Shown here one piece after another: positions 34,754 through 46,100 of a stretch of 64,000 nucleotides of DNA (its first letter is position 1; the number at the start of each line of letters is the position of its first letter). A program made the position numbers and the translations under genes. The notes under the pieces were generated by a model that had not been told where the DNA came from, did not search any database, and saw only the letters and a list, made by a program, of their open reading frames with translations. Source of the DNA: Chrysemys picta bellii. Taxonomy: Eukaryota. The DNA lies in contig NC_088792.1 in NCBI RefSeq assembly GCF_011386835.1, positions 240,126,001 through 240,190,000 on the forward strand, read 5' to 3'.

Positions 34754-37264
34754 GTAAACTCCATGTCCAGGAGTGCATCTAACTTGGTCTGAGAATGAGT
34801 TCAGGTCAAGGAAACTACTACACTTCTCCTGCTTCTTAGTTTTGTTTCCTGAAGAAAAGGCCTAATGGGTGCAGAATCCTAATTCCAAACACTAATGTAA
34901 CCAGAAATGTTAATGTGGTTGCTCAATAAAATCTTCCAAAATAATTAATGTCTCTGACCAAATGTTAATGTGTTGTAGATTACAATGCGGTTAATATAAT
35001 TCTACATATGCATGCTCATTTTTGTGCACAGCCAATCTGCACTTAAATTATAAACAATGTGGTTATTTCCTTGGAGGTGTAACAGATACAGTAATACCAT
35101 TCTACATAAAAATTAAATGCTGAAAGGACTTAGTCTGTCAACAGGAGTGGCTGGGGTGAGTTAACTTCCAAGTTTCATACTAGTCCTGGTCTGTTATGAA
35201 GTCAATCACTTCATAGGGGATCTACTGGAAAGCTAGATTGTCCCTTCTGTGGGCTATCTATAAAAGAGACTTTGAATTTTTTATTTCTGCCTTAATTGAG
35301 GTGTGCTAGTCTTATGTATTTAGAATGTGGGGATATAAGATCTCCTTCTGAAAACTGAAGCTGTATTCAGTACTGGAGCTCTAACCCAGGAAGTCTTCAA
35401 ACTTTCTCCAATGAGGACTTCCAAAAACAGCTGTGGTTTCTTATGTTCCCAGTCCTCTGAGATGAGATCAGTGTTGCTACAAAAAACAGGTGGTTGGTTT
35501 TTGGGAGGAGAGGCTAGATTTCTACCTTCTCTCCTACTACTGGGCTCCAACTTATCCAGTCCCAGAATGGTTTGGAATATAGTTCATTAGATAAAGAACT
35601 AGCTCTTTAGACTAAGCTGTCACACCTGTGGTCAGTAGATGCACTAAACTGGAGCTTCTCCACCTTTACATGAGGGCTTTGGAGTAGGTCCTTTCTCTGT
35701 GAAGGCCTCTTCGTCAAAGCAAGCTTGAATCATCTCTTCAATTCTCTAGTTTTTGGCAGAGTCCACCTTCTACACATCACGTAAGGCCTATTTCTTATCC
35801 CCAAGGCATCGATGAAATGGAACTTTCTTTAAATCAAAGAATAAAGATGGTGAGGAGGCAATTGAGTGCATTCAGTGGTAGGGAGCCAAGAGGTCACAGC
35901 ACCTGGTTCCTCCCCTCCTCTTAAGCTGTGTTACCCTGTAGCAGTGTAGTCAGGAGGGAAAGGCCAAAGTATAAACACAAAAGGAGTGAACAGCGCTTTA
36001 TGTTTCTGAGATCCTAGAAGCTGCTGGGTTTTTGGAAATATTTGTCATTGTATCATAACTGTCCACCTTGACCTCCCACTCTGAAAAATGCTGCTCTAAA
36101 CAGATCTTTAGACTGCTGTGGGCTATAATACTTTTTGTCTAATTGGGGTTAGAGTGGGGGTGGTATTATAGGTCAAATGATTAGATGTTTCCTTCTGGCC
36201 TTAACTCTGAGTCTATGAATTTTATTTAATTGCTAGTTGAGATCACCACTAGCTCAGTCTCTCAGTTCTGCTTATCCATTAACTCAGTATAATTCTAGAC
36301 CATGAGGAAAAAGAGTGCATCTTTCAACAATTAGCAAATCTCTTGTTTCTATGATTTTTATGGGGAGAGGGGCAGACTGCTGTGCCCACAGACTTCAAGA
36401 GGGGGTTAGAATACATGAGGGATCTAGTTAGTATCTAATATTTTAAGCAAGCCAAACATCCTAGCCCTACTGTACTTAATAGTGAACTGTGTAAACAAGC
36501 CAAGTAGGCTGAAGTGCATTTAAGTGCTTCTGTCAACTGACAGGGGGCTGAGGCTATGGGGCTGCTGTGGTGTAGATGGTCAGCCTGATAGGTAGCACAT
36601 GAACTGCCTGTTTGGAGAGGCTAGCCTGAGGCCGTGGCCCAAGCGCTGGCCCCAGGTCTCTTGGGTCCCAGCCCGCTTCAGGGAAGAGGAGCAGCCTGGG
36701 TTGGGGTCACGGGGGGGAGAACAGGAAGCAGGGGGGGAGGGGGCTTGGGGCAGAGTGTGGGTGGGGCCATGCCCGGCTGTTTAGGGAGGCTCAGCCTCTC
36801 CTGGCCTGTGATACCAGCTGCCCACAGTGCATCCTAGACTGGGGATCCTTCATCATGGGATCCTAGAGCCCACCCACCAGCCCAAACCTAAATGTCTACA
36901 CTGCAATTAAACAGCCCGGTAGCCTGAGCCTGCATCAGCTCACATGGGCCAGCTGTGGATGTTTAATTGCAGTGTAGACACACCCATGGTGAAAAAGGAA
37001 TGACCAAAACATCAGTAGGTTTGGGTCTTGCAAGCAGTGGTTGTTCTCAATAATTTAAATATGCTCCGTTGCGTCTTTTTACAAAACTATCTTTAAGTGT
37101 AATGGAAAAAAAACTGATTTTAGTAGAGGATTCATAAAGGTCTGTAGTAACCTATTAAAATTCTTACTAATTGAACTGTAGACTATTACAGAGCAATGGC
37201 TGGGTGTTGCTATAAGGCTACCTACCCTCCATTAAAAATCTCTCTTCTTAGTAGATTAAAAGAC

Positions 37265-39750
37265 AAAATGACTACTTAAAATTGGAAGTCAAATCCTGGG
37301 AGGGAGATTTCCACACTTGAACCATTCTTTTTAGGTGACAAATCTGAGGAATTGCCCCAGATTGAGATGTTGGCAGAGGAGCTTTTGGAACAGATTGATA
37401 CATTAATCAATAAGAAGTCACCAGGACCAGATAGCAATCACACAAGAGTTCTACGGAACTCAAATATAGGGTGACCACATGTCCAGGTTTCCCCAGACAT
37501 GACCTCAGTTTTGATCCTCTGGATGGATTTTGCAAATAAGATGCAATGGCTGGGATTTTTGTGAGCCAATGTTGCAGCTCAGAAAGAGCTGTCTTCATGC
37601 CCCAATTGGCCCCTTCCCTCCAGCTGCCAGACCTTGCCCCAGCTCCCAGCTGTGGGGAGGGGGCCTGCAGGGAGGCGGTGGCTGATGCTGCATCTGGAGC
37701 CTGCACCAGCCACCGTGCTGCTGTCACAGGGAGTGACACTGGCCCCCACCTTGAGAGTGAGGCTGCAGGTACCCCCTCCAACAGCTTCCAGGTGTCTCTC
37801 CCAGTACACACACACACCCTACCAGGACCCTCCAAAACTCTATCCTAGTACAAACACACTCCTCCAGTACCCCCACAGAACTCCCTGAATACCCCTCCCA
37901 GTTCACATGCACCTCTAGCATCCCCAAATACCCCCTCCCAGTATACTCACCCCTCCAGCACCCCTCAAATACTTCCTCACAGTACACACACACACACACA
38001 CCCTTCCACCACTCCCCAAATGCTCCTTCCCCGCCTCCCCTTCTCTGGCAGTGTCTCTTTTTGGGAACCTGAAATATGGTAACCCTACTCAGGTCAGGCT
38101 ATGCCTGCTACGGTAATGACAGTAGACATTACTACCGGGGGCTCACCAAACCCACTGCCTTCTGGGTAGCCCAGGAGGGTGTAAGGCTAAGGGAGCAAAC
38201 TATTACAGAAAAGCCCCACTGCCTTGTGGGTGAATTCAGGAGAATGTAAGGCTATGAGAGTAAACTCAGACAGAAAATCTGGAGTGGAGCACCGAAGGCG
38301 GTCAGGTACTAATATTTTAGTATCTTTCTAGCAACTCTTGCAGCGGATCAGGTACCAGACATATTGGTTTTTCCTCTCCTCTGGATTTTACTGGTGATGC
38401 CGAGAGGGGGGGTCCTGGTTCATGGGCAACTCAGGGCCTCCATATCATCTGCCCTGCCTTGCGCCCTGGAGAGGTACTCCAGCTTTGCCTTGAGTGTCGA
38501 CACAACACGGGAGGCAGCAGTCACCAGTTCTACAAACTCAAATATGAAACTGCGGAACTACTAGCCGTGGTATATAACCTATCACTTAAATCAGCTTCTG
38601 TACCAGATGACTGGCAGATAGCTAATGTAATGCAGATTTTTAAAAAAGGCTCCAGAGGTGATCCTGACAATTACAGGCCAGTAAGCCTAACTTCAGTAGT
38701 GGGTAAATTGCTTGAAACTATAGCAAAGAAAAGAGTTATCAGAGCCACAAGTGAACACCATACAAAATTACTCAAGATAGTTAAGTCCAAAGCTGTCTGC
38801 AAAGAGTTACAAAGGGATCTCACAAAACTGGGTGACTGGGCAACAAAATTGCTGATGAAATTCAGTGTTGATAAATGCAAAGTAATGCACATTAGAAAAC
38901 ATAATCCCAACTATACATACAAAATGAGCTCTAAATTAGCTGTTACTGCTCAAGAAAGAGATCTTGCAGTCATTGTAAATAGTTCTTTAAAAACATACGC
39001 TCAATGTGCAGCAGCAGTCAAAAAAGGTAATAGAATGTTAGGAACCATTAGAAGAGGTGGAGATAAGACAGAAAATATCACAATGACAGTACATATATCC
39101 ATGGTACGCCCACATCTTGAATACTGTATGCAGTTCTGGTATCCCCATCTTAAAAAAGACATTAGAAATGGAAAAAGTGCAGAGAAAGGCAAAAAAAATA
39201 TTAGGGGTATGGAACAGGTTCCATAGGAGGAGAAATTAAAAAGAGTGTGACTGTTCAGCTTAGAAAAGAGATGACTAAGAGGGGGTTCTGACAGAGGTCT
39301 ATAAAATCAGGAATCGTGTGGAGAAAGGTAATAAGGAAATGTTATTTACCCCTTCACATAACATAAGAACCAGAGATCACCCATTGAAATTAATAGGCAG
39401 GAGATTTAAAACAAACATAAGGAAGTACTTCTTCACACAATGTTCAGTCAACATGTGGAACTCGCTGCCAGGGGATGTTATGAAGGCCAAAAGTATAGCT
39501 GGGTTCAAAAAAGAATTAGATAAGTTCATCTATTAGCCAAGATGGTCAGGGATGTAACCACATACTCTGGGTGTCCCTAAACCGCCGACTGCCAGAAACT
39601 GGGACTGAATGACAGGGGATGGATCACTGGATAAATTGCCCTGTTCTGTTCATTTCACCTGAAGCATCTGGCCCCGGCCTCTGTCGGAAGACAGGCTATT
39701 GGGCTAGATGGACTATTGGTCTGACCCAGTATGGCCGTTCTTATGTTGTT
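37265..39750 (+). mobile_element. CR1 LINE fragment interrupted by nested insertions (37468-38525)
   Basis: KSPGPD.IH.RVL.ELKY continues after the insert as ELKYETAELL...NYRPVSLTS. RT core deleted. 3' end CCCAGTATGGCCGTTCTTATG. Confidence 0.88.
37467..38087. mobile_element. hAT/Tip100-like non-autonomous DNA transposon
   Basis: Termini TAGGGTGACC...GGTAACCCTA. Confidence 0.6.
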
Positions 39751-40144
39751 CCCTCAGCTGGTCCAGTTGTAATGGCAGTGTCTAAGGTACTGTGAATCTT
39801 CTATAAACACTGAAATGAGTGTGCATTACCCAATAAATAGAAAACTTTTTCAGGGCTCACATACAATTCTTTTCAAAATGGAATTTTTTAAAAAAGTGGC
39901 TGGTGGCAAGTACATAATGCTGTCAGGATCAATGGTGTCATGGGGCAGATTCTTCTAGTGAGGCAAATTTAACATCAGGAACTGTCAACCTTTTTTAAGA
40001 AAACCCAACCACTCAATAGCCTATAGATGCCAGTATATAGGCAATAAGTATTTACTGCATGTGTAAGCTTTTTATTAAATACCTACAACAGTTAAGTTTC
40101 TAATTCTCCAATTTTTAGTCAAGCAGGGTACTAACAGAGTTTCT

Positions 40145-40195
40145 TCAGGCTTTCTCATAGATCCTAGTGCAGGTGATGTCATTCATGGTGCATTC
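40145..40195 (-). CDS. FABP12: FABP12-like last exon (coding part)
   Basis: 51 nt, [16 protein letters not shown]. Confidence 0.93.
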   Translation of the reverse strand, partial: ECTMNDITCTRIYEKA

Positions 40196-43100
40196 CTAGA
40201 AGACAAAAGAGGAGTTCACCGAAACAGTTGTACTTTCTCACAGCAAAACTGTAAAGACAATCCCACTTTAAATACAAAGAGGGAGAAGAAAAATCCTCTC
40301 ACCCATTTTGTTTGTGCAAAGAAAAATGTGCACTGAAGTATATTATAAGGCTATTGGTATTAGTATTTCCCCTTTTCACATTTTCTTCCAACTTACAAAA
40401 AAATCAAAATATATGTTAAAGCAGGGATCAACAACCTTTGGCATGCAGCCTACCAAGGTAAGCCCCCTGGCGGGCCGGGCCGGTTTGTTTACCTGCCGCG
40501 TCCGCAGGCTCGGCCGATCGCGGCTCCCACTGGCCGCGGATCACCGCTCCAGGCCAATGGGGGCGGCGGGAAGCGACAGCCAGCACATCCCTCGGCCTGC
40601 ACCACTTCCAGCAGCCCCCATTAGCCAGGGACGGTGAACCACGGCCAGTGGGAGCCGCGATCAGCTGAACCTGCGGATGCGGCAGGTAAACAAACCGGCC
40701 CGGCCCGCCAGGGTGCTTGCCAAAGGTTGCCAATTCCTGTGTTAAAGACTAATATTAATATGAATTCAGCCATCTTTTGAGCTTCTTCATTTCTGTCTTA
40801 CTTATATGGCCCCCATAACCACAGTATCTGAACACCTCACAATCTTAAATGAATTTATCCTCACAACACCCCTCTAAGATATGGAAATACTTTTATCCCA
40901 CTTTACAGTTGAGGGAACTGAAGCACAGAGAGTCTAAGGCCCACATGCTTAAAAGTATTTAGGTTCCTAAATCTCATTGAAATCAACAGGAGTTGGGTAC
41001 CTAAATACCTTTGAGGGTCTGGGTCTAAGTCTAAGTAACTTGCCCAAAGTTATAGAGGAAATGTGTGGTGGAGTAGGGACTTGAACACATGTCTTCTGGG
41101 TTCTATGCTAACCACCAGGCCATCTTTCCTCTTCTCCCATATTCTATAATATTAACTTGATTCAACCTATTTTCTAATGTTCTCTTCCTGCCCTATGCAA
41201 CCAATCACATTTCTAATATAAGCCACATTTATTTAAAGAGAAAATGGAATGTATAATAAAACTATAACTGTTTAGATGATCTCTACATCTTTGCATTACT
41301 CAGTGATCAGATAACTAGAATGAATTCACTCACCACCACCATTTTCCCATCTACCACTTGTCTCTTTATTGTGGTCTCTTTGCCATCCCAATTCTGGACC
41401 TGATTTAATGACCCATTTTCTAAGGTCACAATGCTCTGAAGAAACAAAACATAAAGAAGCAAAACATGAGTATCCTGCCCAGATTATTATTATTTATAGA
41501 GCAGAGGCACACACAATACCCCAGTTATGCTAGTTTCTGTACAAACATATATTAAAAGATAGCCCGGGTCCAGAAGAGCTGATTGTCATGCTGGTTAAAG
41601 AAGTGATTCACTCAACACTCAGAAAGTCCCACTTTCTATCTTGGGGTTTTACACTGAACATAAGAACGGCCACACTGGGTCAGACCAGAGGTCCATCTAG
41701 CTGAGTATCCTGTCTTCCGATAGTGGCCGGGGCCAGGTGCTTCAGAGGGAATGAACAGAATAGATAATCATCAAGTGATCCATCCCCTATCGCCCATCCC
41801 TGCAGCTCATCATGTTGGGTATCTGGGGATCTTTCATGTAAAATAGATGGGCAATGCTAGGTACTAGCCCCAATGCTATTCAACATTTTTATTCATGTTT
41901 TGGCAATACGTATAAAATCACTACTGATAACATTTATGGATGAAACAGATTGCCAGAGTAGTAATTAATGAGGGCAGAGCAATCTGGATTGGTTAGTCAA
42001 CTGGGCCCATTTAAAACAAAATTTAAAACTACACCCAGTATTCCAGTATTGGTCTGACCAATGCCCTATACAGAGGTGAAATCACCTTCCGACTCATACT
42101 CACTATTTCTCTGTTAATTCTCTGCTGTCACAATCCTAGTCATTCCCCCTTCTGGACACTCACCAGTCTGCTGCGTTTGGGTCTCAACATGGTGGTGCCA
42201 TGTGCTTTAAGCTTCCTGTGGCTCTGGGTTTTTAGGCACACTCCCCCTTAGTAGTCTCTTTTCTAAGCTGAAAACTCCCAGTCTTATTAATCTCTCCTTA
42301 TACGGAAGCCATTCCACACCCCTATTCATTTTTGTTGCTCTTTTCTGAACTTCTCCAATTCCAATATATCTTTTTTGAGATGGGGTGACCACATCTGCAT
42401 GTAGTATTCAAGATGTGAGCGAACCATGGATTTATATAGCAGCAATATAATATTTTCTGTCTTATTATCTATCCCTTTCTTAACAATTCTCAATGTTCTG
42501 TTCGTTTTTTTGACTGCTGCTGCACATTGAGTGGATGTTTTCAGAGAACTATCCACCCTGACTCCAAGATCTCTCTCTTGCGTGGTAACAGCTAATATAG
42601 ACTTCGTCATTTTATATGTATAGTTGGGATTATATTTTCCACTGTGCATTACTTTGCATTTATCGACATTGAATTCTTTCTTCTAGAATAACCTATAAGT
42701 TATTGAGCTAGGTACAAAGTTACAGAGGTAACTGGGTTAGACTACATGATCTAATGATCCTTTCTGTCCTTAAACTCTATAAATCTAAGGAAAAAATTCC
42801 TAGTGTACTTCATGGAATCTGGCTCTTCTCCTTTTTTGGGGATATAAAAGCTCTACTTAAGTTGCTCTGAGCTTTCCAGGTGTGTTTATCTAATTATCCA
42901 CTCTGATAATTAGCAGATGTGCTATTACCATGTGGAAAAGAACTGTCCGTGCCTGTTGCAGCAGATTGGGAGAACTGTGAAGAACAGCTTTAATCCTCAC
43001 CTTGGTTTTCCGGTCATCTGGTGTGGTTTCATCAAACTCCTCACCAAGCTTAAAAGAGATCTCATTATTTTTAAAGGCACTTTTGGTTTGGATGGTTACC

Positions 43101-46100
43101 ACATCGCCGTCAGCACTGATGGTCATGCTGGGTTTGGCCAGCGTGCCCAGTTTCCTGGTGGCTAAGCCGACTCCTGTAAGCAAGAGAATTCAGATCTCTT
43201 AAACTACCAGGAAAAAAAAAACATTATGGATTTCAGTGTCTCAGGAAGGAGAACAGTGGCACTGATGGGAATGGCAAACATCCTCAGATGCTTACATAGG
43301 TCTTTATATTTCAAGTCATTAGCAATTTCCTAGTGAGGACTGGGCTCAATTTATTGCTCACTGAAATCAATGGGCTTTAAATCAGGGCAAAAAAAACTTC
43401 CATGATCACAATGAAGAACTTTAATGCATATGTGATGGCTCAGGAGCAATTGGCACCTATGATCTCTCCCCATCTCCCCAGTGAGCACTCTTTCCAGTTC
43501 CACGCCTTTACCTGTACTTCTCTGCACTCTTTCTAGAGTGGAACTCTGAGGTTCACCCCCACCCGCACTTTAGACTGAATCTGCAGGCTACACCCCCTAT
43601 TCCTACCTTCTTCCCACAGTTACAGGACAAGTGGTGTCTTATACCTCCTTGCAATCCTTCATGAATGAACCCCTCAAGGGACAGGTTATGCTACCTACAC
43701 TTTCTCTGGGTGAAACCCCATGGTCCTACCACACTTTCACTGGATCCTAGGGCAGCAGCGCTCCTGGTTCCCAACTATGTTAACACAACAGGCTCAAGTG
43801 CAATTGGTACGCTCCTTCTCAGGTGCCTGACTAAAGAGACTCAAATCAGCTACTTCTAAACAGACGTATTGCCCATTCACCCAAAGGTACACAGCAAGCA
43901 GAGGTAAAGGTTAACCCCACAAAAGGCCCACATGCCTGAGGCTTGCCTGCAGCCCATCGCTTCTCTCAATGCTTAGGTGAGCTCAGCTATCTCAGGCACT
44001 TCCTGCAGAGCCCCTGCCTCTGGAAGTCCCCAGTCTGCTGCATGTTCTGCCTAACCAGATATGGGGACTTCACTACATGATGCTTGGTGTAATGCCATCA
44101 ACTATGGTCACTAGCAGAACGGTCCTCAGTAGACTATGCGTGATTGATGATGTTGTTCCTTTAATCTTAGTCTCTGGTCTTGGAAAAATAGGATGTCACT
44201 CTTCTGGCAGGAGTGATGGAAGTGCCCTAAAAGTGGGGAGGCCACCAGCGGCCGAACTGTGGCCCTGCTCCCCCATACCTCCCAAACCCCCAGCCTCACA
44301 CTCTTCCTTCCCACCGGGGGGCCCGCCCTCATACTGCCCCTTCTCCCTGAGGCCCTGTCCTCATGCTTTCCCTTCCCCCTGAAGCCTAGCTCCCTGCTCA
44401 TTCCTATCTGCCCCCTCCCCTCCATCACTCACCCTTACGGCTGATAAAAAGTGAGGGGCCATGGCCCTCTAGCCCCTCCTGTTCTGGCATCCCTGCCTTC
44501 TGGCAACTGGCAGGCAAGAGTTTTCCAACAACTAGCTCAACCGTTGTTTCTCTTAAGGACCCCTGGTATTCTCCCTGGAGAGACCTTATCTCTGTCCTTG
44601 TTTTGTTTCCTGCTTGCATCCACCATCAGCCTTCTTTGATTTTATTCCCCTGGCTTAGAGGGGAAGTGAAATCACCTAAAAAAAACACTGGGAAAGTTCC
44701 AGAAGATTGAAAGAAAGCTAATGCTGTGCCAGTATTTAAAAAGGCTGAACAGGATGATCTGAGTAAACTGCCAGTCTGACATTGATCCTGGGTAAGATAA
44801 TGGAGGGGCTGATACAGGACTCAGTTAATGAAGACTTGAAGGAGGGTAATATAATTAATGTCAATCAACATGGGTTATAGAAAACAGAACCCATCAGACT
44901 GACTTAATATCTTTTTTATGAGATTACAAGTTTGGTTGATAAAGGTAATAGTGTTGACATAATATATTTAGACTTATGTAAAGCATTTGACTTGGTTTTG
45001 CACAACCTGTTGATTAAAAAGCCAGAATGATATAAAATTATCATGACACACATTAAATGGATTAAAAGCTGGCTAACTGTAATTGTAAACAGGGAATCAT
45101 CAGGTATGTTTCTAGTGGGGTCCTATAGAAACTGGTTCTTGGCCTTTCACTATTTAACATTTTTATCAACAGGCCCGCTGACAGCAATTCTGGGCCCCAG
45201 GGGTGCGGGGCCCGGGGCGAAAGTGACTTCCGGGACCGACCTGTCACTTCCAGGACTGACCGCGCTGGCCAATTGTGCTGGCCCGCAGGGCCCCAAAGGA
45301 GGAGTCACGCATGCCTAGGAGCCCTGAGGCCCGCCCAGGCGATTTAAAATCACCCAGGCCCCTGGGCAGTTGCCCCCCTCCCCCGCCCCGGTCGGCGGGC
45401 CTGTTTATTAATGACCTCAGAAAAAACATAGAATTTTCACTGATAAAGCTTGCAAATGACACAGAAATTAGGGGAGTGGTAAGGAATGAAGAGGACATGT
45501 CACTGATACAGAGCGATTTGGATCTCTTGGTAAATATGTGTTTTAATATGGCTGAATGTAAAGTTATACATCTAGGAGCAAAGAATGTAGGCCATACTTA
45601 CATGATAGAGAACTCAAGCCTGGGAAGCAGTGACTCTGAAAAAGATTTGTGAGTCATGGTGGATAATCAGCTGATCAGAAGCTCCCAGTGTGATGATGTG
45701 GCCAAAAGGGCTAATGCAATCTTTGGATGCATAAACCAGGACACCTCAAGTAGGAACAGAGAAATTATTTTACTTCTGAATTTGGTACTGGTGCAACTGC
45801 TGCTGGGATACTGTTTCTAGTTCTGGTGTCCACAGTTCAAGAAGGATGTTGATCAATTGGAGTGGGTTCAGAAAAGAGCCATGAGAATGATTAAAGGAGG
45901 GGTGGGGAACCTTTTTTCTACCAGGGGCCACTGGCCCACAGAAAAAATTAGTCACGGGACACACACAGTCCCGTGGGGGGAGAAAGGGGGGGAGGCTCGG
46001 GGCTTCCCCTAGGTTCTGGGGTGGGGCCAGAAATCAGGGTTTTGGGGTGCAGGAGGCTCAAGGCTGGGGCAGGGGTTTGGGTGCGGTAGAGGGTTCTGAC

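Noticed and set aside
38459-39226. 255-aa ORF, the longest in the window
   Set aside because: It is a chance-open CR1 ORF2 fragment with the RT core deleted and its start inside another insert, so it is not a host gene.
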